Assembly (NCBI GenBank): GCA_963835065.1
Contig: CAWIEK010000053.1
Span: 288,001-352,000 of the forward strand
Direction of reading: 5' to 3'
From: an uncultured Chthonomonadaceae bacterium
Lineage (GTDB): Bacteria; Armatimonadota; Chthonomonadetes; Chthonomonadales; Chthonomonadaceae
DNA length: 64,000 nucleotides
The notes beneath the pieces are model-generated. The model did no database searches and was not told the origin of the DNA. It worked only from the letters and a program-made list of their open reading frames with translations. A program made the position numbers and the translations under genes. Below, in pieces: positions 1-10,405 of this stretch (the first letter of the stretch is position 1; each line of letters opens with the position of its first letter).

Positions 1-184
1 TAACGACAAAAGCGAACATTCTGCCCCTGTTATCCGTCGTTTCTATAGCGCACAGGCGTTTCAACTGTTTTGGAGCCTCTTTCGAGGTTGAAAAACATCG
101 CTAACTGCCTGACCGCATCCACTTCTGGCGCTTGCGTGTTTGTAAAGCCTCAGAAGCACACCATTGTTTGGGAGGAAGACCGAG

Positions 185-514
185 ATGTCACGTATAATGA
201 AAGCCACCGCCCTGTTGGGCCTGGGCATTGCCTTGTTTGGAACCGGCAGCATTACCGGAGCGCGCGCCGATGGAACGTATGACAAGCTGAACGCCAACGT
301 GCGCAAAGACATGGACGTCCTTCAGGATGATCAAAAGCATATCCATGACATGCAGACCAAGCGCGACGACCAGAAGGCGCACAGACAATTCGCGTATGCG
401 CGCCAAACCACGAAGGACATTCACAAAGCGCAACAGGCCAAGTACCGCCACACGCAGAAACTGCGCTTTGACCAGCGAGAACTTGCGTCTTACAAGCGGG
501 CGCACAAAATGTAA
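185..514 (+). CDS. Small putative secreted protein (signal peptide plus K/H/Q/D-rich helical region)
   Basis: GGAGG at 171-175 before ATG 185; hydrophobic N-terminus ending in ARA-D; hairpin downstream. Confidence 0.7.
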   Translation: MSRIMKATALLGLGIALFGTGSITGARADGTYDKLNANVRKDMDVLQDDQKHIHDMQTKRDDQKAHRQFAYARQTTKDIHKAQQAKYRHTQKLRFDQRELASYKRAHKM

Positions 515-628
515 TGCTGTTTCCACATCGGGCTGTGAGTTAAAACTCGCGGCATGTCCAGAGGACGCCCGGTAACAAAATCCACCTGCGCGGACTGAAA
601 CAGTTATTTGGTGGAAGTCCCTAAGACT

Positions 629-665
629 AGAAGCGGCGGGCTGAGAATATCAGCCTGCCGCTTCT
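629..665. terminator. Probable bidirectional terminator hairpin between convergent genes
   Basis: AGAAGCGGCGGGCTGA-N5-TCAGCCTGCCGCTTCT, 16-bp stem with one G-U pair. Confidence 0.7.
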
Positions 666-692
666 GCTTGTGTTACAGTATGAAAAAATCAG

Positions 693-2054
693 TCATTGGG
701 TTTGCTGCAAAAATTCCTGCCACCCGCGCCGGGCCGTTCGTTCCATTGCGTCAGGATAATCGAATTTGAACGTTTCCGCCAGAATTTGCCCGGCCTGCGT
801 AACCTGTTCCCGCAATTGTTCTATAGCGCGGCAGATGTCGTCATCGGTTGCAAGAGATGCGCCCAATACCTGCAAAGCTTCTTTGCCGCGCGCTTGTTCT
901 ACCGTTTGCATCAGATGCGTTAGGCCGTGAATGGTCTGTGTTCGCATTTCGCCGCAATCATTGCCGGTCACCTGAATGTACCACAGCCGCAACAGCAGTT
1001 GCCGGTCGTTGTGAAGGCCGGTCAGGGCAAGCAGATGCAGGCCGCGATGCAGCACTTTGCGGTGCTTGTGCGTGTTGAGCCAGAAATGTTCCAGCAGCCC
1101 CCGAACGGTTTCGGGATTCGCAGGCTGCGGTGAGGGCACAGGTTCACATTCCGGTTCGCGCAGTTTGGCAGCGAAGTTCTCGTCACGACAGGCCAGCGTC
1201 AAAATAAACTCATCATGTACGGCTTTTGTCGCGCTTTGTACCCACACATCGTAAATATCGCCCGTCTCCAAAACCAGATGGTGCAAGAACGCGCCTTCGC
1301 CAAACTCAAGCAGGACATGCGCCACACAGGATTGGGCAAACAGCGCGTTCAGCTCAAGATGCCGCCACGCTTCCAACGCTTCCGGCAATACGGCAACGCG
1401 CAAATCCACATCGCTGTAACAGTCGGCGTTTCCCCGCGCAATGCTGCCGCCAATCCACAGCGCGACAACTTCCGGGCATTCCCAAATTCGGGGCGCAGCC
1501 TCCTTCAGCGCTTCCAGTTGTGGAAGGTAGGGCAAGACTTCCATATCAAGCACAGACGACACTTTGTTTAATTCCTCATGCCACAAGTCTATCAACGCCT
1601 GTTCGTACTGTTTGCGTTCAAAATGAAACGGGCCGCAGCCGTCGTACTGCCAGTGGCGGGGTCCCCAATTCGGCATCCGGTGCGGCTGCTCGAAATCGCT
1701 CCACGTCACAACGTCTGTTTCAACCTCGACTCGCGCCATGAGGGGCCAACAGCCCGATGTGCCGCAACTGCATTGCATTACGGCGATTTTACCTGTTTGC
1801 GTATCCTGCTGCCATCGAATCGGCTGGCCGAGAAAGTGTTCGGAGGGAAACAGTACGTTTTCGGGTGGCAGGCCCACGTAGCCGCCCGCCATTTCAGGAT
1901 GCCCTTCCTGCGCGGCAAACGGCAGTTCCACTTCCCGCACAAATTCCAAAAGGTTGCGGCTATTGATGTAGATGGCAACGGAATACAGTTTATACTCAGG
2001 GCTGTATTCTACGGCAAAACGAATGGTATCCATATCCGACTCGTACTTATTCAT
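693..2054 (-). CDS. Nucleotidyltransferase-domain protein (aminoglycoside/lincosamide NTase-like) with an N-terminal CxCGxxGCWP domain
   Basis: Pol-beta NTase motif GGSIARGNADCYSDVDL; N-terminal ~160 aa contains CSCGTSGCWPL. Confidence 0.7.
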   Translation of the reverse strand: MNKYESDMDTIRFAVEYSPEYKLYSVAIYINSRNLLEFVREVELPFAAQEGHPEMAGGYVGLPPENVLFPSEHFLGQPIRWQQDTQTGKIAVMQCSCGTSGCWPLMARVEVETDVVTWSDFEQPHRMPNWGPRHWQYDGCGPFHFERKQYEQALIDLWHEELNKVSSVLDMEVLPYLPQLEALKEAAPRIWECPEVVALWIGGSIARGNADCYSDVDLRVAVLPEALEAWRHLELNALFAQSCVAHVLLEFGEGAFLHHLVLETGDIYDVWVQSATKAVHDEFILTLACRDENFAAKLREPECEPVPSPQPANPETVRGLLEHFWLNTHKHRKVLHRGLHLLALTGLHNDRQLLLRLWYIQVTGNDCGEMRTQTIHGLTHLMQTVEQARGKEALQVLGASLATDDDICRAIEQLREQVTQAGQILAETFKFDYPDAMERTARRGWQEFLQQTQ

Positions 2055-2283
2055 CTCCTAAATGGCGTCCTGCGGGTGATAGGTAGTACGCGCTCGGATC
2101 GGCTTGCAGCAGCGTCTTTTCTCGCGCCAATAATTTTTTTGCGCGTTCCGCCCGCCGCTTGTGTTTGGGAATGGAGGCGAACCGCCACAAAGCGTCAAAA
2201 CGCTGATAGCCGATCCCGCAGCGCCTATCACGGGATCGGGCGCGTACCTGTTGTTTGCGGTATTTGTAAAGGTTGGTTGGCAT
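2047..2283 (-). CDS. Small basic hypothetical protein
   Basis: ORF MPTNLYKY... fills the gap between two minus-strand genes and overlaps the next start by 8 nt; no recognisable motif. Confidence 0.35.
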   Translation of the reverse strand: MPTNLYKYRKQQVRARSRDRRCGIGYQRFDALWRFASIPKHKRRAERAKKLLAREKTLLQADPSAYYLSPAGRHLGDE

Positions 2284-2302
2284 GGGAAACTCGCTTATCG
2301 GA

Positions 2303-5213
2303 TTACGTCGGCGCGTTACTATCCGAAATGGCACAGGCAATAGCTTCCTCAAGCGTCATAGCCTTTCCTGCGGCCCAGGTTGCGGCAAAATCATTCTCTT
2401 CGACAGCCGAGCGCAGCGTTTTCACTTGCGCGTCGTAATCCGCGTGAGCAATCGGGGGTATCGGCGTACCAAGCAACGTTCGCTGCGCTTCTGCCGCGCC
2501 AAAAAGCCGCGCGGCGTACAAGGCTTGCCCTCGCATTGTTTCTGAAGCCGTCTTTTCTTCTAACCCTGCCACCGCAAGCCCGGCAAAACTCTCTAGCAAG
2601 TTTACACATTCGAGTCTTTGTCCAAGTCCCTGCTGCAAGGCCAGGCTTTCCGTGAACAGCGAACGCGCCTGCGCCATCTCCTTTTCCAGGCGGGCAATCT
2701 CTCCCAAAACCCCAAGCGCGGTTGCCGCTTCTGCCGTATCCCCGACACTGCGCACAATGGCAAGACATTCTTCAGCCAACCTGCGCGCTGCCGCATACTC
2801 GCCCTGATACTTCAGAATGTTCGCCAGGCTGCACAGGGAATACGCCTGATACCACTCGTCATTCAGTTCTTTTCCTATCGCAAGGCTTTGTTCCGCAATG
2901 GCACACGCCCGAACGAGATTACCTTGCAGGGTGAGCACAGCGCTCAGATTGATCAGGGAATTGGCTGCGCCGCGCTTATTCCCTGTTTCCTGACAAAGCG
3001 CCAGGCTCTCCTTAAAAAGCGAGCCGGCAGTATCATAATCCCCCTGGTCCTGCACAAGACTACCCAGATTGCTCAAGCCCGCAGCGATACCCGGCTGATT
3101 CCCAAGTTCCCGCTGCAAAGCGAGGCTGGCTTCAAACAGAAATCGGGCAGACGCATAATCGCATTGATAAAGCGAGATAATGCCCAGGCTGTTCCTTGCG
3201 GACGCGGCAAGGCGCTTGTTGCCGGTTTGCTGCGCCAATGTCGCGCCCCGCTCCAAAAAGGACCGCGCCAGCTCGTAATCCCCCTGCTCGATTGCCAGGC
3301 GTCCGATCTGATAACAGATTTCCGCCTGCGCTTTCGGCGTCTGCTCTGCGGCAGGAACGGTAAGCGCCTGTTCCAGTTGTTCGCGGCCTTCGCGCAGATA
3401 GCCGCCCAGATACCAGAAGTTTCCCATCGCTGCCGCCGTATGCAGCGCAGCCGCCGGTTCAGAGATAAGCGCCCATTCCAGCGCGACCCGCAAGTTGTCA
3501 TGCTCCGTTTGCAGCAATCCAAGCGCGGCCTGCTGATCGGGGCCGGCCAGACGCAGGGAAGTCTCCTCCACAAACCGCGCAAACCAGGCGTAATGCTGCT
3601 GCCGCGCGGCTTCTGTTTCCCCGCTTTCCAGCAGCCGGTCACGGGCATACTGCCGAATCGTTTCCAGCAGGCGATAGCGCGTATGTTCCGCCTCCTGTTC
3701 GACCACGACCAGGCTTTTGTCGGCCAGGCCGGTGAGCAGGTCCAGAACTTCCCAATCTTCCACAGCGTTACTCGCGCCGACTGCTGCCGCCGCTTCCAAC
3801 GTCCACCCACCCGCAAACACGGACAGGCGGCACAGCAGCGTTTTTTCGGGCGGAGCCAGCATGTCAAACGACCAGTCAATCAGAGCGCGGAGGGTTTGCT
3901 GCCGGGGCAGGGCGGTTCGGCTGCCGCCTGTGAGCAGGCGGAAGCAATTATCGAGTTTGGCATTAATCTCTTCCACGCTCAGGGAGCGGATGCGGGCGGC
4001 GGCGAGTTCAATCGCCAGAGGGATGCCGTCCAGACGGGTACACAACTGCGCCAGCGCAGGCACATTCTGGTTGGTGACGGCAAACGCGCTTTGAATACTG
4101 ACGGCGCGGTCTATAAACAGGCGGACGGCTTCAAATTGGGTCAGCGATTTCGAGCGTATGTTTCGCTTTCGGATCGGGCATGCGCAGGGAGGGAACGCGG
4201 TAAATGGTTTCGCCGGGAATGTTGAGGCTTTCGCGGCTGCTGGCAAGAATGTGCAGATGCGGGCAGGATTGCAGCAAGGTTTGGGCCAACCGGGCGCAGG
4301 CCGCAATCAAATGTTCGCAGTTGTCCAAAATCAGCAGCAGCGCGCGCTTTTTCAGGGTTTCTACAAGCGTCTGCGTAAGCGAAGCGCCCGCTTCCTCCTT
4401 AATGCCAATTACCGAGGCTACCGTTTGGGCGACGAGGGCGGGGTCTGTAACGGGAGCCAGTTCGATAAGAAAGACGCCTTCAGGAAACTGTTCCGACACG
4501 TCCGCGCCCACTTGCAGGCTTAAACGAGTCTTGCCCGTTCCGCCGGGGCCAAGCAGCGTTACCAGAGAAAAGGAAGCAAGCCGTTGCTTTATGTCCTGCA
4601 TCTCCCGTTCGCGCCCCACAAAACTGGTAAGCTGGAGGGGCAGATTGTTGGGAAAGCTGTCAAGCGACCTGAGCGGCGGAAAATGGGAGGGAAGCTGCGG
4701 ATGAACAATCTCATGCACCTGCTCCGCCCGGTTCAGGTCTTTGAGGCGGTGCAGTCCGAGGGGATGCAGTGTTACCTGCTCCGGCAGCCGATCCCGCACC
4801 AATTCAAAAGTCGCCTGCGAAACAAGCATCTGGCCGCCATACGCAATGGCTTGCAGGCGCGCGGCGCGATTGAGCGTTTGCCCGAAGTAGTCGTTGTCCC
4901 GTTCTTCGGCCTCGCCCGTATGCAGGCCCATCCTGACTTTCAACGGCCCGGTTTCGCCCCACTCCTCCTTCAGCAACGCAAACTGCGCCTCCAAAACCGC
5001 ATGAACGGCTTCGGGGGCTGTAGGAAAGGCGGCACAAAACGCATCGCCTACAGTCTTGAACACGCAGCCATTGTGCCCTTCGATGGCATCCCGGAGCAGA
5101 ACATCGTGGCGGGCAAGCGCAACGCGCATGGCTTCGGGGCAGCGTTCCCATAAGCGGGTACTGCCCTCAATATCGGTAAACAGAAACGTCACGGTTCCCG
5201 TCGGTAAGTTCAT
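2303..5213 (-). CDS. Class III adenylate/guanylate cyclase + STAND-type ATPase + TPR repeats; frameshifted near 4149
   Basis: LFTDIEGST and GDAF cyclase motifs; Walker A GPGGTGKT; LLILDNCEH; DGIPLAIELAA; TPRs. Removing one base of the T run at 4148-4150 joins the two ORFs as TLESLTQFEAVRLF. Confidence 0.85.
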
Positions 5214-5252
5214 GGCGTTGTTCTCGCGGCGTGGTTTATGATAACGGGGCGG

Positions 5253-6087
5253 TTAGAGATAAGGGAGAACCAGATCGCGTTCAGCGGCAAGCCCGCGCCA
5301 TTCGTCTGCGCCCTCGCCATCGTTGTATATTAAAGTGTACGGGCCGGCGAAATGGACGGCGCGGCTCAGTTCCAGGCAATGGCAAAAATCGGCTTTATCC
5401 GGCTCGTAGGGCGCAACGAAGTCGCATTTGGCGTGGCATGACTCGGCATAGGGAAAGATGGAAGCCAGGTCGTCGTACTTGGTCGCGCCGCCCCAGTTGC
5501 CGAAATCCAGATTGAATCCTATGCGTCCTTCCAGGCTGTCGAGCAGGGCGTGAACCGCGTCCGGGCCGGCCAGCAGATCGAACCAGTTTTCCGTCGTGAC
5601 CCGAACACCCAGGTCACTGCCGCGCTGCGCCAGTTCTTCCAATCCGCGCCGACTGCGCTGCAAAGTTTCGGGAGTATACGCGGCATGTCCCGCAATCACC
5701 CGCGCCCGCTCCGCGCCCAACTGCGACGCGGTTTCCATCCAGCCGATCATCCAGTCCAGATCACGCCGCGCATGGTCGGGATGCGTCATATCTCCCGCTT
5801 CGATCAGCACGGAAAACAGCTGCACGTCCGCCGCGTCCAGCGCCCCCCGCAGTTCATTCAAATACGACGCTTCCCGATTGGGCAAATGCGGATGCGAAAT
5901 CTCCATCGCCTGAATACCCGCGTCGCGCGATACGGGCGGGCAGTTCCAGCAGTGTCAAGTTTCCCGGTTCCGCCCGCTCCTGACGAGTTCGCTCCGCCTG
6001 TCCCGGCATATCCCGATACGTCGCGCCCAACGCCCGACTCAAACTATAAGTAGAAACCCCAACCCGCGCCCCACTATGTTCTATCAT
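5253..6087 (-). CDS. Sugar phosphate isomerase/epimerase (xylose-isomerase-like TIM barrel); frameshifted near 5925
   Basis: VTTENW, LDFGNW and HAK motifs; the N-terminus MIEHSGARVGVSTYSL lies in an adjacent frame. Confidence 0.75.
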
Positions 6088-6167
6088 AACAAATTTTTCC
6101 CTCTTTTCCCATTTCCCATTTCCAAATCTCCCCCTCTTCTCCCCGTGTCCCCCGTGTTCCCCGTGGT

Positions 6168-9098
6168 TCATATTGTTTTTACCGGCGACATTTCCGCCCA
6201 GGTTTGGCCGTATTTGGCGTCGGCGCGGAGGGGAACATTGAGCGGGTAGGCCGATTCCAACAGGCGCTTGATTTCGGGCGTGATGGTGGCTACCATGTCC
6301 GCCTCGACCTCAAACAGCAGTTCGTCATGCACCTGAAGCAGCAGGGTGCAGCCATTTCCGCAGGTTTCATGCAGATAGTTTTGTACCTCAATCATGGCGA
6401 TTTTGATGATGTCGGCAGCCGTGCCCTGAATCGGCATGTTGACCGCCGCCCGTTCCGCCGCCTGCCGTATCTGCGCGTTGCCGCTGTCGAGTTCCGGCAC
6501 ATAACGGCGGCGACCGAGCAGGGTTTGCACGTACTTTTGCTTGTGGGCGAGCGCAGTGGTATCGTCCACGTATTTCTTTACGCCGGGCAGCCGCTCAAAG
6601 TATTCCTTGATCCACGTTGTCGCCACGCCCGTGCCAACGCCCAACATCGCCGCGAGCGCAAAGCCGGACTGCCCGTAGATGACCGCGAAGTTGATGGTTT
6701 TGGCCTGTCGGCGCTGATCGGACGTGACTTCTTCAAGCGGAACTTCAAACACCTGCGCGGCAGTGGCTTTGTGAATGTCCTCGTCTGCCAGAAACGCCTG
6801 CGTCAGCGTCGGGTCGCCCGTGACGTGGGCGAGCAGGCGCAGTTCCACCTGCGAGTAATCGCACGACAGCAGCATTTTACCTTTGGGCGCGATAAACGCC
6901 CGCCGGATTTCGCGCCCGATTTCACTGCGCACGGGAATGTTTTGCAGGTTCGGGTCGGACGAACTCAATCTGCCCGTACTGGCTACGGTCTGGTTCAGGC
7001 TGGTATGAACGCGCCCAGTGTTGGGATTGATGAGCCGTATCAGGGCGTCGGCATACGTGGATTTCAATTTGGCGACTTCGCGCCAGTCAATGATTTTACG
7101 CGCAATGGGATGTTCCGCAGCCAGCGATTCCAACACTTCCACGCCCGTAGAGTACCCGGTCTTTGTCTTTTTGCCGGACGGCAACTGTAATTTATCGAAC
7201 AGAATCTCCTGCAATTTTTTAATGGAGCCGATGTTGAAGCGTTCGTCCGCAAGGGTGTAGATTTCTTCGGCAAGGGCGTCCATCTGCCCGCCCATGCGCT
7301 CGCCCAATGTGCTGAGATACGGCACGTCCACGCCAAGCCCCGCCTGCTCCATCGCGCACAGCACAGGCACAAGCGGAACCTCAATCTTATCCATGATTTC
7401 GGTCATTTTGACTTTTGCCAGCGCATCCCGAAGCGGCGGCATAAGGGCGACCAGCAGCGCGGCCTCCTGCATCAGCATCGCGCCTTCCAGATAAGCGTCG
7501 TCGGCCTCGACAACCGCATCCAAATGCGTTTCCGCCAGATCAAGGAGGGGATAAGAAGAGCGCCCCGCTTCCAGTAAATAAGCGGCAATCAAGACGTCGA
7601 ACGTAAACGGCGCGACTTTTATTCCCGCCTGCTCCAAAATGATTTCCAGAGGCTTCACGCCGTACCCGATTTTGGCAATGGCAGCGTCCTCAAACAACGG
7701 GCGCAAATCCTCAATTGAAACGGCAAAACCGTTTTCATTCACGGGCTTTGGCGCATCTTTATTCTTCCCTTTTCCCTTTTCCTTTTTTACTTCTGCGATT
7801 TCTTCGCCTGGCTGTTCTTCATCGAACAAGCCTCCTTGAGGTTTTTCGGCTGGAACTTCCGCCGGGGAATCCACAATGGGAGGCGCGGCACTGCGCACGG
7901 CAACGTAGTAAGTGACTTCCTTGGAGGGCGCGAAGGCGAGGCCGGTCAGGGTAGCGAGCATGGGCGGTTCGCCATCGGTTTCAAAGCGGATGCCTGCCGT
8001 TTTGCTTTTCTGGACGGCGGCAAGCGCGTCCGCAAACTCTTCCCGTGACCCAATGGCAATGGCAACCGCGCTGAAGGTCGCTTCCGGCACGGCGCGTTCC
8101 GTTACCAAATCTTCGGTTGTGCCGACGCCCGTTTGCGTCGGCGCGGGCAAACGCCCCAACAGCGACTTGAACTCCAACTCGTGAAACTTTTGCCGCGCGT
8201 TCTGCCAGTTTTCTTCGGTTGGCGCGTAAGGCTGGATAGTGAACTGCATCGGCGCGTCGCAAACGATAGTCGCCAGTTTTCTGGAAAACCGCGCCTGCTC
8301 CACATTGGCTTCCAGCGCGGCTTTGGCTTTCGGAGGCGCAATGCCTTCCCCACCCGCTTCCACCACTTGCAGCAGTTTTTCCAGTGACCCGAATTTTTGC
8401 AGCAGGGCGGACGCGGTTTTGTCGCCGATGCCGGGAACGCCCGGAATGTTGTCGCTGCTGTCACCCGTCAGGGCTTTGAAGTCGGCGATGCACTCCGGGC
8501 CGATGCCGTAGCGTTCGCGCACCGCGTCGGCGTCGTAGGTTTTCACTTCCGACACGCCGCGCTGCGTGATCTGGACGTGAACGTGATCCGTCACCAGTTG
8601 CAGCGTGTCCGAATCGCCCGTCAGCACAATCACATGGTAGCCGTCCCGAACGCCCTGCACGCACAGCGTTCCAATCAGGTCATCGGCCTCGTAACCGGGC
8701 TGTTCCGCCGACTGGATGCCGAATGCGGCGACGATTTCGCGGGCAACCGGCTGCTGCGCGGAAAGCTGGGGGTCAATGGGCGGGCGGTGCGCTTTGTATT
8801 CCTCAAAGGCGACGCTGCGGTGCGTTCGGTGCGGCGCGTCCCAACACACGACAATGGCGTCCGGCTTCTCGTTGTTGAGAATGGACAGCAGCATGTTGGT
8901 GAAGCCGAACAAGGCTCCAGTCGGGCGATTGTCTGTCGTGGACAGATAGCGCCCGGAAAAGAAGGCGCGAAACAGCAGCGCGTATGCATCTACCAGCACC
9001 AACTTTTTGCCTGTTTGGGCAACGCCTACAGGCGTGGAAGCCGTTGGTGACGTTTGTAACGAAGGTTCGGATGGGGAAATCTCGGCTTGCTCGGCCAT
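6168..9098 (-). CDS. polA: DNA polymerase I
   Basis: 5'-3' exonuclease motifs (YEADD, GDSSDNIPGVPGIGDKTA); polymerase motifs DYSQVELR, RRQAKTINFAVIYG, QVHDELLF. Confidence 0.98.
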   Translation of the reverse strand: MAEQAEISPSEPSLQTSPTASTPVGVAQTGKKLVLVDAYALLFRAFFSGRYLSTTDNRPTGALFGFTNMLLSILNNEKPDAIVVCWDAPHRTHRSVAFEEYKAHRPPIDPQLSAQQPVAREIVAAFGIQSAEQPGYEADDLIGTLCVQGVRDGYHVIVLTGDSDTLQLVTDHVHVQITQRGVSEVKTYDADAVRERYGIGPECIADFKALTGDSSDNIPGVPGIGDKTASALLQKFGSLEKLLQVVEAGGEGIAPPKAKAALEANVEQARFSRKLATIVCDAPMQFTIQPYAPTEENWQNARQKFHELEFKSLLGRLPAPTQTGVGTTEDLVTERAVPEATFSAVAIAIGSREEFADALAAVQKSKTAGIRFETDGEPPMLATLTGLAFAPSKEVTYYVAVRSAAPPIVDSPAEVPAEKPQGGLFDEEQPGEEIAEVKKEKGKGKNKDAPKPVNENGFAVSIEDLRPLFEDAAIAKIGYGVKPLEIILEQAGIKVAPFTFDVLIAAYLLEAGRSSYPLLDLAETHLDAVVEADDAYLEGAMLMQEAALLVALMPPLRDALAKVKMTEIMDKIEVPLVPVLCAMEQAGLGVDVPYLSTLGERMGGQMDALAEEIYTLADERFNIGSIKKLQEILFDKLQLPSGKKTKTGYSTGVEVLESLAAEHPIARKIIDWREVAKLKSTYADALIRLINPNTGRVHTSLNQTVASTGRLSSSDPNLQNIPVRSEIGREIRRAFIAPKGKMLLSCDYSQVELRLLAHVTGDPTLTQAFLADEDIHKATAAQVFEVPLEEVTSDQRRQAKTINFAVIYGQSGFALAAMLGVGTGVATTWIKEYFERLPGVKKYVDDTTALAHKQKYVQTLLGRRRYVPELDSGNAQIRQAAERAAVNMPIQGTAADIIKIAMIEVQNYLHETCGNGCTLLLQVHDELLFEVEADMVATITPEIKRLLESAYPLNVPLRADAKYGQTWAEMSPVKTI

Positions 9099-9293
9099 GC
9101 GGAACGCGCTCCTTTAGCGGCAGGGAAAACTCCCTTTTTGTCTACACCTTTATGACATACGTATTTGCACTCCATTATACGTCACCAAAGCGGAAACAGG
9201 CAAGCAGGATATACCCGACTTAATCTGTATTCCTACGGTTTCTGCTCCGCAGGGTTGCGGGAGTTTGCCCGATTGGACGCAAAAGCCCTGTAG

Positions 9294-9311
9294 TTGGCAT
9301 GACTTGTGCAT
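9294..9311 (+). promoter_or_regulatory. Putative sigma54 (-24/-12) promoter
   Basis: TTGGCATGACTTGTGCAT: GG-N10-GC, ~70 nt upstream of a PEP-CTERM gene. Confidence 0.65.
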
Positions 9312-9381
9312 TATAGAAAGTACGGCGCGTTGAACTGCCGTACACTTTTCTCGTTCTTGATTTTGCACAAGGAGTACCTTC

Positions 9382-10008
9382 ATGCGTTTCAATAAATTTT
9401 CAGCGGCCACTGTGTTGCCGATTGGCCTGCTGTTCGTTCTGGCTGCCCCTTCCGCGCAGGCGCAGATTAGTAAGATTGGCGGCACGGCCAATTTATCCTT
9501 CTTGACAGCGCCCTCGGATGTGCGCCCGGGCCAGCATCAGAGCAACACGGATGTCTTTGTATTTGCCGAAAAACAAAACGTCAGCGTCACGAACCTGATG
9601 ACCGATTTGCAAGGTCCGGTCACAGGCGCTGTCAACAGCTACCTGCTTTACACGGATCAGATGGGCACAGGGGGCAGCACGACCTACGATATTACCGTGT
9701 CCTCTGACCAGAGAATCCTCGGCGTCATCACAACCTCTGCCTTGTTGGATACTACCGATACTACGTTTGGACTGGGCGGAACCAAGTATCCGTTCGGCGA
9801 TGGCTCGCGCGGGCAGGAAAACCGGGACTTTACGACACTTTCCGGTAACACGCTGACCCTTCACAACGTGACTTCGGGTAATGTGGATGAAATTCGCGTC
9901 TTCACTGCCGCCGTTCCTGAACCCGGCAGTATCGCTCTGCTCGTGGGCATGGGCGTATCGGGAACCGCGTTCCTACGGCGGCGCAAGGCCATCAAGACAG
10001 CCGCGTAA
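9382..10008 (+). CDS. PEP-CTERM sorting domain protein
   Basis: Signal peptide ending AQA; C-terminal VPEPGS + TM helix + RRRK; AAGGAG RBS. Confidence 0.93.
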   Translation: MRFNKFSAATVLPIGLLFVLAAPSAQAQISKIGGTANLSFLTAPSDVRPGQHQSNTDVFVFAEKQNVSVTNLMTDLQGPVTGAVNSYLLYTDQMGTGGSTTYDITVSSDQRILGVITTSALLDTTDTTFGLGGTKYPFGDGSRGQENRDFTTLSGNTLTLHNVTSGNVDEIRVFTAAVPEPGSIALLVGMGVSGTAFLRRRKAIKTAA

Positions 10009-10055
10009 GACGACTGTGAAGCGTTTTCCTGCACCAATGGTTACATAAAAGAGGA

Positions 10056-10099
10056 ATAGCGGTGTCTCTTCCATTTCAAGGCAAAAGACGCCGCTATTT
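10056..10099. terminator. Hairpin, probable terminator
   Basis: AATAGCGGTGTCT...AGACGCCGCTATT downstream of the PEP-CTERM gene. Confidence 0.55.
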
Positions 10100-10405
10100 A
10101 GGGTCCGTAAATCTATACCTTCCCGAACTGGCGAAAGCAAGGATGAAGGAGGAGAGATAAGAGATAAGAGATAAGAGTATGTAGAGGCAGCGTCGAAATC
10201 TTGGCAATACAGCGCTTCCAGCCCGATGTCTCGTTGTGTCAAGTTGTAAATAGAGAGGCGTCGTGACCTCAACAGAGTCAGGGCGAACGGGAGGGGTGAA
10301 ACATAGGACTGACACCTCCTTTGCTATATAGTATACACTTGTACTATTTAGACGGAGGGAATGGGGCAAAAGGTTCACTGTTTTCGTGTGGTTTGGCTTT
10401 TTTGT

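Noticed and set aside
4131..4160. Programmed ribosomal frameshifting in the split genes
   Set aside because: No slippery heptamers or stimulatory structures; both +1 and -1 events occur in unrelated genes, which fits sequencing error.
2618..4225. Long antisense ORFs (e.g. 2618-4225, 12638-13819, 30908-32056, 48568-49971, 59533-60759)
   Set aside because: They are shadows of well-supported genes on the opposite strand in GC-rich DNA.
9257..9272. Shared enhancer CGG-N8-CCG upstream of both sigma54 sites (also 53930-53945)
   Set aside because: Short and GC-rich with inconsistent spacing to the promoter; likely chance.
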